From contig DAOWNV010000001.1 in assembly GCA_030642405.1 (NCBI GenBank), positions 1 to 33,583 of the forward strand: a stretch of 33,583 bases of DNA, read 5' to 3'. Below the pieces are notes generated by a model. It did not search any database, was not told the DNA's origin, and saw only the letters and a program-made list of their open reading frames with translations. Positions 1 through 10,743 of the stretch are shown here, piece by piece. Made by a program: the position numbers and the translations under genes. The DNA is from Desulfosarcina sp. Lineage in GTDB: Bacteria; Desulfobacterota; Desulfobacteria; Desulfobacterales; Desulfosarcinaceae. Position 1 is the stretch's first letter. Each line of letters opens with the position of its first letter.

Positions 1-233
1 ATCCTGAAATTCATATACTATTAACTGATGTGGTAATGCCGGAAATGAATGGAAAAATTCTAAGTGAAAAAATAAAGAAGATCAGATCTGACATTAAAGT
101 CATCTTTATGTCAGGATATACTGCCAATATGATCGCTCATCATGGCATCCTTGATAAAAACATAAATTTTATCAATAAACCGTTTTCGATGAATGAATTA
201 TTAGGGAAAATTCAAGAGGCAATCGAACAATAA
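1..233 (+). CDS. C-terminal receiver (REC) domain, probably of a hybrid sensor histidine kinase; 5'-truncated by the window
   Basis: The frame is open from the window edge (PEIHILLTDVVMPEMNG...). It has the phospho-acceptor Asp motif TDVVMP, then IFMSGY and KPF, typical of REC domains ending hybrid kinases. Confidence 0.85.
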   Translation, partial: PEIHILLTDVVMPEMNGKILSEKIKKIRSDIKVIFMSGYTANMIAHHGILDKNINFINKPFSMNELLGKIQEAIEQ

Positions 234-251
234 AAAAGGAATAGGGTTCCC

Positions 252-788
252 ATGATATTATCTTTTAAAGACAACCATCCCACTATTTCACCAAATGCTT
301 TTATCGCTCCGACCGCTACCATTATCGGTGACGTAACCATCGCCGAAGGTGCCAGCGTATGGTACGGTACCGTATTGCGAGGCGACCTGGCTGCCATTCG
401 GATCGGTGCCAATACTAATATTCAGGACAACGCCACGATCCATGTTGACCTTGATACGCCGGCAACCATTGGAGAAAATGTCACCATCGGTCACAATGCC
501 GTGATCCACGGCTGCACGATTGAAAATAAATGTCTGGTAGGTCTTGGCAGCGTGGTGCTGAACAACGCCCACCTGAAAACCGGTAGTATGGTGGCCGCAG
601 GCTCCGTCGTCAAACAAGGCCAGGTAGTAGGTCCTTGCCAGTTGGTGGCAGGGATACCGGCAGTGGTGAAAAAAGAGCTCTCCGAAGAAAACCTTGCAGC
701 AATAGAGTTGCCCGTCAAAGGATACATGCAACTTTCAAAAATGCATCAGGAGGAATTGGAAAAATTGCATCAAGGGAAAAACTCCTGA
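252..788 (+). CDS. gamma carbonic anhydrase family protein (YrdA/PaaY-like left-handed beta-helix)
   Basis: Hexapeptide repeats, LRGD, NIQDN and three metal-ligand His (TIHVD, IGHNAVIHGC). AAGGA RBS upstream. Confidence 0.9.
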   Translation: MILSFKDNHPTISPNAFIAPTATIIGDVTIAEGASVWYGTVLRGDLAAIRIGANTNIQDNATIHVDLDTPATIGENVTIGHNAVIHGCTIENKCLVGLGSVVLNNAHLKTGSMVAAGSVVKQGQVVGPCQLVAGIPAVVKKELSEENLAAIELPVKGYMQLSKMHQEELEKLHQGKNS

Positions 789-834
789 GTTGCATTCAGG
801 ATCGTTGGCGTTTACTCATCTGGAGAAAAGCGTG

Positions 835-1275
835 ATGAAGGTTACATTAAAACCCATAGGAACAGCACACACGGATGCGGACAGCATACCCCGACACTGG
901 ACCGTATCTGATGTGGAAGGAAGGTTAGTAATTGATTCTCAATATACCGAAGCACTTTCAGATATCACCGTCGGTCAACAAATCGCAGTACTTTTTCATT
1001 TTCACAAAAGCCCGCCATTCTCACCCGATCTTTTGAAACAAACCCCACCGCATCGAGATAATCCATTGGGTGTGTTCAGCATCTGTTCTCCACGGAGACC
1101 CAACCCGATCGGACTGTCGATTTTGAAAGTATTGGGTCTCAATGACAATATCATTCACGTGTGTTGGATGGACATGATCGACGGCACACCGATTTTTGAT
1201 ATCAAACCCTTTATTATTGACAATGATGGATTACCGAGCCGAGAGGCCTCTTTAATTAGAAACACAAGCAGATAG
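835..1275 (+). CDS. trmO: TsaA/TrmO-family tRNA (t6A37) N6-methyltransferase / SAM-binding protein, N-terminal domain only
   Basis: LKPIG, GVFSICSPRRPNPIGLS and DMIDGTPIFDIKP motifs. ATG 835 follows GGAGA (822-826); the ORF track starts at 790. Confidence 0.85.
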   Translation: MKVTLKPIGTAHTDADSIPRHWTVSDVEGRLVIDSQYTEALSDITVGQQIAVLFHFHKSPPFSPDLLKQTPPHRDNPLGVFSICSPRRPNPIGLSILKVLGLNDNIIHVCWMDMIDGTPIFDIKPFIIDNDGLPSREASLIRNTSR

Positions 1276-1296
1276 CTGCTTGTGTGCTTTCGTTTT
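1262..1296 (+). terminator. probable intrinsic terminator after trmO
   Basis: Perfect 10-bp stem ACACAAGCAG-atag-CTGCTTGTGT with the stop codon in the loop, followed by GCTTTCGTTTT. Confidence 0.55.
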
Positions 1297-1379
1297 AAAA
1301 TGGAAGTCGAGGTCGGACTCAGGACATCGGCCCAGTCTTTCGGTTAAGGCCGGTCTTTCAGTTTAAGGATAGATTTGAC

Positions 1380-1532
1380 ATGTCAACAAAAACTCAGATT
1401 TTAATCTATATCATTTTTTTGGCAATTTTTGATACGGTCATTCCTATCCCCATCACCGCATTTGTACTAATATACGTTCTTTATCAAAAGCCCCAATGGT
1501 TTATCGATTGGGTGAAGGATATTTACGAATAG
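1380..1532 (+). CDS. small hydrophobic membrane protein (50 aa), absent from the ORF track
   Basis: Reads MSTKTQILIYIIFLAIFDTVIPIPITAFVLIYVLYQKPQWFIDWVKDIYE*. AAGGA lies upstream, and two hydrophobic stretches flank D-x-x-I-P-I-P. Confidence 0.7.
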   Translation: MSTKTQILIYIIFLAIFDTVIPIPITAFVLIYVLYQKPQWFIDWVKDIYE

Positions 1533-1636
1533 GAGACCCTGACACCTTCTCAGCATCGTATTAATTAGCGGCTATCCATCAACCACAGGGTAGACAAAGT
1601 CCCGGACAAGTGCGGCAGTAAGGGGGTTTGTATGTG

Positions 1637-1680
1637 TATAAAAAGAAGCAACCCGCAACCAACTCCGGCGGGTTGCCTCT
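1637..1680 (-). terminator. intrinsic terminator downstream of glnA
   Basis: GCAACCCGC...GCGGGTTGC stem, followed on the minus strand by TTCTTTTTT. Confidence 0.7.
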
Positions 1681-1721
1681 CATCCATCCGACCGTTTTAT
1701 TGCAAGGAGGTATCGGTCGGC

Positions 1722-3134
1722 TTAGATGTCGTAGTACAGATGGAACTCGTGCGGATGCGGCCGCAGTTTCACCGGATTAACTTCATTTTCAGTTTTGTAT
1801 TCCACCCACATGTCGATGACATCCTGGGTGAAAACGTCGCCTTTGAGCAGGAAGTCATGATCTGCCTCCAAAGCTGCCAGGGCTTCCTCAAGAGAACCTG
1901 GGGCGGAATCCAATTCGGATAGTTCCTCAGGCGGTAGATCGTAGATGTTTTTGTCAAGCGGATCACCCGGATCAATTTTGTTTTCGATGCCATCAAGGAC
2001 GGCCATCATTATGGCCGAGAAAGCCAGGTAACCATTACAGGACGGATCCGGTGTTCGGAACTCGATTCGTTTGGCTTTGGGAGAAGCTGAATACATGGGG
2101 ATCCGGATGGCCGCACTGCGGTTGCGGCTGGAGTAGGCCAGGTTCACGGGAGCCTCGAAACCGGGAACCAGTCGTTTGTACGAGTTGGTTGTCGGATTGG
2201 TGAATGCGCACAGGGACTTGCAATGTTTCAAGATACCACCGATGGCATACAGGGCTTCCTGGGATACCCCGGCGTATTTGTCTCCGGCGAACAGGGGCTT
2301 GTCCCCAGTCCAGATGCTGATGTGGGTGTGCATACCGGTACCGTTATCTTCAAACAGGGGTTTGGGCATGAAGGTTACGGTGTGACCGGCTTTGTACGCC
2401 ACATTTTTCAAAACGTATTTAAACCACATGAGTTGGTCGGCCATCTGCAGCAAGGGTTTGAAGCGCATGTCGATTTCCCCCTGACCGGATGTGGCCACCT
2501 CGTGATGCTGGCACTCGATATCGATGCCCAGGCCTTCCAAGGTAAGTGTCATCTCGGTTCGCAGATCCTGGAATTTGTCGGTCGGGGGTACGGGAAAATA
2601 ACCTTCCTTGTGACGCGGTTTGTACCCCAAGTTAGGCTCTTCGCAGCGGCCGGTGTTCCAGATGCCCTCCACGCTGTCGATGGCATAGAAAGCGCCGTTT
2701 CGCTGGCTGTCGTAACGGATATCGTCAAAAATAAAAAATTCCGCTTCGGGACCGATGAAGACGGTTTCGCCAATACCGGTACTCTTGAGGTAGGCTTCCG
2801 CTTTTTTCGCGATGTTTCTGGGATCCCGGGAGTATGCTTCACGAGTGATGGGATCGGCGATGTCACCGATCAGCACCATGGTCGACACCTTGAAAAAGGG
2901 ATCGATTTTTGCTGTATCGGAATCGGGGATTACCAGCATGTCACTGGCGTTGATTGGCTGCCACCCGCGAATACTGGACCCGTCGAAGCCAAAACCATCT
3001 TCGAAGCTCCCCTCGTTCAGTTCACCGATAGGCACGGAAAAATGCTGCCATATTCCCGGAAAATCCATGAAACGAATATCAACCATCTTTACATCGTTTT
3101 CTTTCGCCATTGCCAAAACTTGTTCAGGGGTCAT
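1722..3134 (-). CDS. glnA: glutamine synthetase type I (GSI-beta)
   Basis: [43 protein letters not shown] and the adenylylation-site motif [12 protein letters not shown] 3134 follows GGAGGG. Confidence 0.97.
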   Translation of the reverse strand: MTPEQVLAMAKENDVKMVDIRFMDFPGIWQHFSVPIGELNEGSFEDGFGFDGSSIRGWQPINASDMLVIPDSDTAKIDPFFKVSTMVLIGDIADPITREAYSRDPRNIAKKAEAYLKSTGIGETVFIGPEAEFFIFDDIRYDSQRNGAFYAIDSVEGIWNTGRCEEPNLGYKPRHKEGYFPVPPTDKFQDLRTEMTLTLEGLGIDIECQHHEVATSGQGEIDMRFKPLLQMADQLMWFKYVLKNVAYKAGHTVTFMPKPLFEDNGTGMHTHISIWTGDKPLFAGDKYAGVSQEALYAIGGILKHCKSLCAFTNPTTNSYKRLVPGFEAPVNLAYSSRNRSAAIRIPMYSASPKAKRIEFRTPDPSCNGYLAFSAIMMAVLDGIENKIDPGDPLDKNIYDLPPEELSELDSAPGSLEEALAALEADHDFLLKGDVFTQDVIDMWVEYKTENEVNPVKLRPHPHEFHLYYDI

Positions 3135-3264
3135 AGTTCCCTCCACTTAATATGGATTTTAGGTGTTTAGTTGTTGCGGTTGAAGGGGAACGGATATCTG
3201 ATTATTTTCAAATTTGCCTCATTTCCCTCTTCAGTCTAAAGGCCTTCGGCCTCTTTACCTACGA

Positions 3265-3621
<357 letters not shown>

Positions 3622-3667
3622 TTAATAACCGGATTGGCGGCAAGGCCTTTTCCGGTTGTTTAATAGA

Positions 3668-4957
3668 TTACATAATTTCAAAGCCGCGCTCACCATGAAA
3701 CACGTTGTCTAACCCTTGGATCTCATCGTCATGCTCTACCCGAATGCCGCCAGTCAGAAACTTGGTAACAAAAATTACAATCAGTGTTCCAATGGCTGTA
3801 TAAGTGGCAGTCGCAATAATGGAAACAAACTGTATCCATAACTGACCAGGATTGCCGTAAAAAAATCCTGCCGCACCTTCAGTGATGCTGGGATTGGCAA
3901 AAAGCCCTGTGGCCAAAGCCCCCCAGATACCACATATGCCATGAACACCGAAAGCATCCAAAGAATCGTCGTACCCTGCTTTATGTTTCACAACAACGAC
4001 GAAAAAGAAACCCAGGGCGCCGGAAACCAGACCTATAATCAATGATGCCGGAAGATTGACAAACCCGGCAGCCGGTGTAATTGCCACCAATCCTGCAACC
4101 ACGCCGGATGCAATACCCAAAACAGTGGGTTTGCCTGTTGCAATCCACTCAATGAACATCCAGGATAATGCCGCCGTTGCAGCAGAGGTATTGGTAACCA
4201 TAAATGCCGATGCCGCTACGCCGTCGGCAGCCAATTCACTCCCCGCATTGAATCCGAACCAACCGAACCACAACAATGCCGCTCCCAAAACGGTGAGAGC
4301 AATACTGGAAGGAAACATTGCCTCTTTTCCGTAACCTACTCGTTTTCCCAGCACCAACGCAAGAACAAGTCCTGCTATACCGGCGTTGATATGAACCACA
4401 TTGCCGCCGGCAAAATCGAGGGCGCCCATTTCACCCATCCAACCGCCACCCCAAACCCAATGGGCAATTGGACAGTATATAAAGGTAACCCACAAAACGG
4501 TAAAAACGATCCAGGAGGAAAATTTCATCCGGTCGACGATGGACCCCAGTACCAGTGCCACAGTGATCGCTGCAAAGGTCATCTGAAACATGGCGAATAC
4601 ATAGGTAGGAATAGTACCGGAAAGGCTGTTGATGTCTATACCGGACATAAAAAAATGCTCGAAACCGCCAATGATGCCCCCTTTACTCGATCCAAAGGCA
4701 AGGGTATATCCCCACATCATCCATATAACACTGGCCAAGCAATAGGAAACAAACGTCATCGCCAACGTGTTGAGTAAATTTTTATAGCGGGACATGCCAC
4801 CGTAAAACAGCGCCAGCCCGGCCGGTGTCATCATCATCACAAGGGCTGTGCTAACAATAATCCATGCTGTATCACCGCTATTTAACGTATCTTCCGCCGA
4901 AACCGGGCTCGCAATCAATCCCAAAAAAAGGGTTAGCCATAGGTGTTTTACTTTCAT
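3668..4957 (-). CDS. amtB: ammonium transporter (E. coli AmtB-like)
   Basis: Signal peptide, GLALFYGG, FQMTFA, HWVWGGG, DFAGGNVVH, WFGWFGFN and FGVHG; both pore His are present. Confidence 0.95.
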   Translation of the reverse strand: MKVKHLWLTLFLGLIASPVSAEDTLNSGDTAWIIVSTALVMMMTPAGLALFYGGMSRYKNLLNTLAMTFVSYCLASVIWMMWGYTLAFGSSKGGIIGGFEHFFMSGIDINSLSGTIPTYVFAMFQMTFAAITVALVLGSIVDRMKFSSWIVFTVLWVTFIYCPIAHWVWGGGWMGEMGALDFAGGNVVHINAGIAGLVLALVLGKRVGYGKEAMFPSSIALTVLGAALLWFGWFGFNAGSELAADGVAASAFMVTNTSAATAALSWMFIEWIATGKPTVLGIASGVVAGLVAITPAAGFVNLPASLIIGLVSGALGFFFVVVVKHKAGYDDSLDAFGVHGICGIWGALATGLFANPSITEGAAGFFYGNPGQLWIQFVSIIATATYTAIGTLIVIFVTKFLTGGIRVEHDDEIQGLDNVFHGERGFEIM

Positions 4958-5012
4958 CTTTCTCCTTATAAAGTGGTTACAGATTAAAACCAGTACTCAT
5001 ATCAAGGTCAAC

Positions 5013-7655
5013 TCATTCGTTACTTGTATCTTCACCCGGGAGAAGAGCCAATATGGCTTCCTTGATAGCCTCGACCTGATGGGGTGCGTCCACCTTCTGG
5101 CCGTCAAAATCCCTCACATAAAAAACATCCACCACCTGGTCCACTTTGGTGGCGATTTTTGCGACCCAGACATCCAGGCCACACTTAAAAAGAGCATCCG
5201 TCACCTTGAACAAAAGGCCCGTGAAGTCAAAAATCACTATTTCGATGATGGTAAAAAAGCTGGAGGTTTCATTATCAACTTTGATCATGGTGGGACGATG
5301 TGCCGTGTAGGGCTGGATCGGGGTGGCGTCGTTTTCTTTATGGGTCAATTCCCTTCCCAGATCCAAACGGCCCGCCAGAGCTGCCTCTAAGTTGCGGTGG
5401 GCGCGTTCCCATCGTTCGTCCTCAAAAATAGGGTCCGGTGGAGGAGTAACTTCGAAAATATCCAGGGCGATGTTATTGCGCCAGGTAAACACCTGAACAT
5501 CTAGGATGTCGATGTTGTTCAAGGTGAAAACGCCGGCAATCTTGGAAATCAAACCAGGGCGGTCCTTACCACAAATGGTTACGGTTCGGGTCTGCGAATC
5601 CACTGACTTTTCGACCAGCCACACAAAAGAACGGTCTCCGAGGTCAGAATAAAGCCCGATATGTTTCGGGATGATGTCTGCAGGCGTGTAGAGCATATAA
5701 CGGGGAGACATGAATTTTAGCAGCAGATTCAATTCATCGGAATCCATGTCCACTGTCAGACCCTCAACGATGGTCTTTCGCTTTTTCTCAACGGTCTTGA
5801 CTGCACGACCCGTGGCCAGTTCGCCCTTTTCCAGGACGTTGAGCACTTTAAAAAAGAGGTCCTTGAGCAATGACGCAGTCCAATCGTTCCATGCTTTCGG
5901 GCCTGTGGCCATGGAATCTGCAACCGTTAGAAGGTATAGCATTTTTAATAATTCGATTTTTTTAATGATCCGCGCCATGGCAATGGCTGTCTGCTCGTCG
6001 TTGAGGTCTCGCCGTGTTGCGGTCTGAACCAAAAGGAGGTGATGCTCGATAAGAAATGCAACTGTTTTGGCATCGGCGGGGTTTGCGCATCTTTCCAACA
6101 AAATTTTTTCCGCCATAGTTGCACCACGCTTGGCGTGACCGCCGGTGGGCTCCCCTTTTCCAATATCGTGCAGTAACGCGGCCCACAATATTGTCTTCTT
6201 TTTTTTTAGCTCCTTGTACAGACTATGGGATAGAGCGTCCTCTTCGGCACCGGCATCGGAATCAAATTGTTTTAGTTTTTTAATGGTATAAAGCTGATGT
6301 CGGGCCACGGGATAAAGATGGTACTGGTCAAATTGAATCCGGTTGGTCACCGCTTTGAATTCAGGAATAAATCGCTCAAGAAAGCCTGTGCTAAGCATTT
6401 GGTTAAAAACGTCGAATGCCATGGAGGATCGAATTAAGATTCGCTCAAATTGCTTCACGATCTCCTGATCTCTTATGAATCGGTCATCCACCAGATAACT
6501 GAACTCTTTGACCAATCGTCTGGCTTCACTGCTCAGCGGCGCTTTCTGTGACGCTGATTCCGCGAAAATATCCATAAGCAGCCGTGGTTTTTTGAGGATT
6601 CGCTCGGGTGATGAAAAATTCAGCATTCCACGGTTGAATTTTAGCCCCTCCACCTGCGTTGTCTTGAGCCTCTTGTTTTTTCTATTGAGCTTCTTTTTCT
6701 GCTCCATCTCGTAAAGGAACATTTCATGCTGCTGTTTGACATACTCCATGTGGCCGTGAAGTTCGCCCAAAAAATGCTCCACGGGCAGGTGGCCGTTGTC
6801 TGCGGCAATCCCCATGACATCCGCCAGTTTGCGTTGTTGAGCCAAATGAATTTGATCGCTTTTGCGACCCATCAACAAGTGAAATCGGTTTCTGACATCC
6901 CAAATAAAAGCGAGTGCTTCGGATAAGCGCTGGTAATCATCATATGAAAAATAGCCGTAATATTCCAAATCCCGACGCTGCTTGATACCTGATTTGATTT
7001 TGGCGATCCACAGCATGGTGTGGTAATCTCTAAGCCCCCCCTGCCCCTCTTTGAAATTCGGTTCCAGCAGATAGGAAGAGTCGCCAAGCCTCCGATGCCG
7101 CTCCTTGTTGGTATCCACCAGCCAGGAGATAATCTTGTCTGGTTTGAGGTTTATGAACTTTGTACGAATCATGTCCATCAATTTCATAAAAAGGGGTGAC
7201 ATACCGCAGATAAACCTAGCGTCAAGGATCGAGGTCAGCACTTCAAAATCCTTGCGTGCCAGGGTGACACATTCTTTAATGGAACGCGTCGCATGCCCCA
7301 CATCCAACCCCATGTCCCATAGGGGGTAAACGATTTCACGGACCAAATCCTCGGCCATAAGAGGGACTCGCTTTTCAAACAGAAACAACAGATCCACGTC
7401 GGAAAAAACGCATTGCTCCGACCGTCCATATCCACCTAATGCGACCACTGCATATGGATTTTTCGCGATATCCATCTTCGGCCCAACAACGCTTTTTTCG
7501 TAACTCTGACGGAAATAGTCATCGACAAGATGAGCGTTGTCTTCGAGAAAATGAGGGGCGTTTCCCGCTAAGAGGTCCTCGATGAGTTTCGCTCGCCCGT
7601 TTTTAAGTACCAGCGAGGCATCGGCATAAATGCTGTGTGAAGTCATGTCTGCCAC
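5013..7655 (-). CDS. glnD: [protein-PII] uridylyltransferase / uridylyl-removing enzyme
   Basis: Nucleotidyltransferase motif ALGGYGR..SDVDLLFL, EPNFKEGQGGLRD, HD motif LLHDIGKG and two C-terminal ACT domains (DRPGL; VVDVFYV). GTG start after AAGGA. Confidence 0.95.
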   Translation of the reverse strand: MADMTSHSIYADASLVLKNGRAKLIEDLLAGNAPHFLEDNAHLVDDYFRQSYEKSVVGPKMDIAKNPYAVVALGGYGRSEQCVFSDVDLLFLFEKRVPLMAEDLVREIVYPLWDMGLDVGHATRSIKECVTLARKDFEVLTSILDARFICGMSPLFMKLMDMIRTKFINLKPDKIISWLVDTNKERHRRLGDSSYLLEPNFKEGQGGLRDYHTMLWIAKIKSGIKQRRDLEYYGYFSYDDYQRLSEALAFIWDVRNRFHLLMGRKSDQIHLAQQRKLADVMGIAADNGHLPVEHFLGELHGHMEYVKQQHEMFLYEMEQKKKLNRKNKRLKTTQVEGLKFNRGMLNFSSPERILKKPRLLMDIFAESASQKAPLSSEARRLVKEFSYLVDDRFIRDQEIVKQFERILIRSSMAFDVFNQMLSTGFLERFIPEFKAVTNRIQFDQYHLYPVARHQLYTIKKLKQFDSDAGAEEDALSHSLYKELKKKKTILWAALLHDIGKGEPTGGHAKRGATMAEKILLERCANPADAKTVAFLIEHHLLLVQTATRRDLNDEQTAIAMARIIKKIELLKMLYLLTVADSMATGPKAWNDWTASLLKDLFFKVLNVLEKGELATGRAVKTVEKKRKTIVEGLTVDMDSDELNLLLKFMSPRYMLYTPADIIPKHIGLYSDLGDRSFVWLVEKSVDSQTRTVTICGKDRPGLISKIAGVFTLNNIDILDVQVFTWRNNIALDIFEVTPPPDPIFEDERWERAHRNLEAALAGRLDLGRELTHKENDATPIQPYTAHRPTMIKVDNETSSFFTIIEIVIFDFTGLLFKVTDALFKCGLDVWVAKIATKVDQVVDVFYVRDFDGQKVDAPHQVEAIKEAILALLPGEDTSNE

Positions 7656-7692
7656 TTACGTTTCCTTTCCATAGGTCTGACGGCTTAAGTAC

Positions 7693-7708
7693 AGCAACCG
7701 TCGTGCCA
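7693..7708 (-). promoter_or_regulatory. sigma-54 (-24/-12) promoter of glnD-amtB-glnB-glnA
   Basis: The minus strand reads TGGCAC-GACGG-TTGCT, an exact TGGCAC-N5-TTGCW match about 40 bp upstream of the glnD start. Confidence 0.85.
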
Positions 7709-7786
7709 TCCACTAAATTTTAATATATTTTTTATTTAAATAGATACTTACAGCATATCTATGATTTTGCAAAACAATTACCAGCA

Positions 7787-7831
7787 TTTCAAAAATGTAA
7801 TATTCTTTCTAAATATATTACATTTTTGAAA
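7787..7831. promoter_or_regulatory. candidate upstream activator (enhancer) site for a sigma-54 activator
   Basis: Perfect 17-bp inverted repeat TTTCAAAAATGTAATAT-N11-ATATTACATTTTTGAAA, 80-120 bp upstream of the -24 box. Confidence 0.55.
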
Positions 7832-7871
7832 ATGTTGCTGAATAACACCAAACTATAGTCCAATAATTCAG

Positions 7872-7924
7872 AAAAGCAGGAATGCACCTTGAAGCGGTGG
7901 GAAAAACCGCAACAAGGTACATTC
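7872..7924 (-). terminator. hairpin / probable terminator downstream of the second amt gene
   Basis: Imperfect long stem GAATGCACCTTG..GCGGT / ACCGC..CAAGGTACATTC, followed on the minus strand by CTGCTTTT. Confidence 0.5.
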
Positions 7925-7989
7925 ATTAGGGAGGGAGGAATAGATGGGGCTAATAGGTCATTAGCAATACAATTCTCATATATAGTCGA

Positions 7990-9402
7990 TTACAGTGGAG
8001 TAACCGGTTTAGGGGCAGAGGCAAAGTCGGGTGTGCCTGCATCCGGAGTACTCGGAAACGTTGATACACCACCATGGGTGGATGGGCCGAAGTCCGGATA
8101 AGCGATACCACCGTGCTCGGAAAGGTCCAGACCTTCAAGTTCCTCTTCCGGGGAAACCCTAAGACCAATCGTTTTGTTAATGAGTTTGAACATCAAGAAA
8201 GCAGCCGGGAAGGTCCAGAGAAAACATGCGGCTATCCCCAAAAGCTGAACGCCGATGATGCTTGCAGAGGTACCGCCGATGTTGAAAATTCCGGCCGCCA
8301 GTGTGCCCCATGCACCGTTTACACCGTGAACGGAGATGGCGCCGACCGGGTCATCAACTTTGATTTTATCGAAAAACAAGACGGAAAAGACCACGATAGT
8401 ACCGGCAATGGCACCGATGATAATGGCGCTTGAAGGTGTTACGTTGGCGCATCCTGCCGTGATGGCCACCAAGCCGGCCAAGGCACCGTTGAGGCTCATT
8501 CCCACCTCGGGTTTGCCGAATTTCATCCAGGAAACGATCATGGCCAGAATGGCGCCTGCTGCAGCGGCCAGGTTGGTGTTGACGAAAATCATAGCAATAC
8601 TGGTGTCGGCCGTGGTTGTAGAACCGGGGTTGAATCCGAACCAACCTAACCAAAGAATAAACACACCCAGCGCGGCCAATGGCATGTTGTGCCCCATGAT
8701 GGGTTTTACTTTACCATCTTTTGTGTATTTGCCCAGCCTGGGACCAAGAACAACGGCACCAGCCAATGCAGCCCAGCCACCAACTGAGTGAACAACCGTG
8801 GAACCGGCAAAGTCGATGAAACCAAATCCTTCCAGCCAACCGCTGCCGTTAAACAGGCTGCCCCAGGCCCAGGAACCGAAGATTGGGTAAATTACGCCGG
8901 AGATAAAAATACTGTAAATAAGATAACCGGTGAATTTGGTCCGTTCCGCCATGGCACCGGAAACAATGGTTGCGGCAGTAGCGGCAAACACAACCTGGAA
9001 CATCCAGAAAGCCAGTATCCATGGATCTCCATCTGGAGTAAAATCGCTGAGAAAAAATCCGGAAGTGCCAAACCAACCGGTCGTCGTGGCCCCAAACATA
9101 ATGCCAAACCCGATGGCCCAGAAGGCAATGGATCCGATAGAAAAATCCATAAGATTTTTCATCATAATATTGATGGAATTCTTGGCTCGGGTAAATCCTG
9201 CCTCCACGAGCGCGAAACCGGCCTGCATAAAAAAAACGAGACAGGCGGCAACCAGGGTCCACACATAGTTAGCATGGGTCTGAACCAATTCAATTGCAGT
9301 TTTATTCGTCATTACCGTTGACGGTTCGGCGTCTGTTGCCATAGCAACGGGAACACTCAATAGAGCAACCAATATCAAAAGGGTAAACACTTTCAGCTTC
9401 AT
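7990..9402 (-). CDS. amtB: ammonium transporter (second, divergent Amt)
   Basis: FFMQAGFALVEAG, KNLMD, SGAMAER, DFAGSTVVH, WFGFNPGS, DDPVGAISVHG and a signal peptide. AAGGAG RBS. Confidence 0.95.
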   Translation of the reverse strand: MKLKVFTLLILVALLSVPVAMATDAEPSTVMTNKTAIELVQTHANYVWTLVAACLVFFMQAGFALVEAGFTRAKNSINIMMKNLMDFSIGSIAFWAIGFGIMFGATTTGWFGTSGFFLSDFTPDGDPWILAFWMFQVVFAATAATIVSGAMAERTKFTGYLIYSIFISGVIYPIFGSWAWGSLFNGSGWLEGFGFIDFAGSTVVHSVGGWAALAGAVVLGPRLGKYTKDGKVKPIMGHNMPLAALGVFILWLGWFGFNPGSTTTADTSIAMIFVNTNLAAAAGAILAMIVSWMKFGKPEVGMSLNGALAGLVAITAGCANVTPSSAIIIGAIAGTIVVFSVLFFDKIKVDDPVGAISVHGVNGAWGTLAAGIFNIGGTSASIIGVQLLGIAACFLWTFPAAFLMFKLINKTIGLRVSPEEELEGLDLSEHGGIAYPDFGPSTHGGVSTFPSTPDAGTPDFASAPKPVTPL

Positions 9403-9450
9403 TTTTCTCTCCTTGTCAATTAATATTGAAATGAATAAAGGGTAATGGTT

Positions 9451-9810
<360 letters not shown>

Positions 9811-9860
9811 TTAGATGATTTTGCAATTGTTGGTATTTTTTGCTTTCTGATTATGGCATG

Positions 9861-9876
9861 AGCAACAGCCATGCCA
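9861..9876 (-). promoter_or_regulatory. sigma-54 (-24/-12) promoter of glnK-amtB
   Basis: The minus strand reads TGGCAT-GGCTG-TTGCT, with the invariant GG and GC correctly spaced. Confidence 0.8.
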
Positions 9877-9954
9877 TAATATTATTACAATAACGTAACG
9901 ATGCGTTATTACTGGATATTTCTATATTGGAAAAGTTTCTTATTCCATATCACC

Positions 9955-9998
9955 ATACACTTTTGTATGCGTATAGACATAATTGTTACATTTTTCGT
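9955..9998. promoter_or_regulatory. candidate tandem activator binding sites upstream of the glnK promoter
   Basis: ATACA-CTTT-TGTAT (9955) and AGACA-TAAT-TGTTA (9975) are 20 bp apart and lie 80-115 bp upstream of the -24 box. Confidence 0.45.
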
Positions 9999-10295
9999 TG
10001 CTGTGTATATATTTATTACTTATTTGTAGTTTTTCTTTATTTTTCTTTGCAATCAAGGATTAACCCCCAAAAAACTATTCATTATTGCTTGAAGATAGAC
10101 TGTCGCGCAGGATTACTATCACTAAAAATTCATGAAAAAACAGTTCGTTGTTGTTGGTTACAATAATGTAAGTAGCAAATGCGATAGCAATACCGGAGTG
10201 TCTTCGAATTTCTTTTTGCTTGTTTTCTAAAAAAGGGAATGCTACCTGATTTTTTCAAAACCGTTACTTATAATTAAAACAAAAAGGAGGCGTAG

Positions 10296-10703
10296 TTGTT
10301 GAAAGTTTTAAAAATTGATCATTTGGGCATCGCGGTAAACAGTATTGAAGACGGGAAAAATTTTTGGTCCGACATTATGGGATTGGAATTTGAAGGCTCT
10401 GAAACCGTTACTGAGCAGAAGGTCACCACGGCCTTTTTTCCAGTAGGTGAGAGCGAAGTGGAATTGCTGGAATCCACTGCACCGGACGGACCCGTTGCTA
10501 AATATATCGAAAAACGAGGACAAGGCATTCAGCATGTGGCGTTTCGGGTCGAGAACATCGATGAAGCCCTTGCCGAATTGAAGGAAAAAGGTGTCAAACT
10601 GATCGATCAGCAACCCCGTATCGGTGCAGGTGGGGCAAAAATCGCCTTTTTGCACCCCAAAGCGACAGCAGGAGTGTTGGTAGAACTGTGTCAGCGAGAT
10701 TAA
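10296..10703 (+). CDS. mce: methylmalonyl-CoA epimerase (VOC fold)
   Basis: IDHLGIAV, VELLE, GIQHVAFRV, IAFLHPK and GVLVEL. AGGAGG RBS with TTG start (10296 or 10299). Confidence 0.92.
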   Translation: MLKVLKIDHLGIAVNSIEDGKNFWSDIMGLEFEGSETVTEQKVTTAFFPVGESEVELLESTAPDGPVAKYIEKRGQGIQHVAFRVENIDEALAELKEKGVKLIDQQPRIGAGGAKIAFLHPKATAGVLVELCQRD

Positions 10704-10743
10704 CAGGTTAAAGTAAGATCATCGATTGTTATATAATTTGAAA

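Noticed and set aside
2223-3170. 315-aa ORF on the + strand
   Set aside because: Antisense shadow of glnA with no motifs, as expected from the biased codon usage of a highly expressed gene.
3135-3264. Glutamine (glnA-motif) riboswitch
   Set aside because: The conserved CGUU...GGAAGUA...GAAG-type core was not found; only generic hairpins are present.
9927-10166. 79-aa ORF in the glnK-mce intergenic region
   Set aside because: TTG start with no RBS, in AT-rich regulatory DNA overlapping the candidate enhancer sites.
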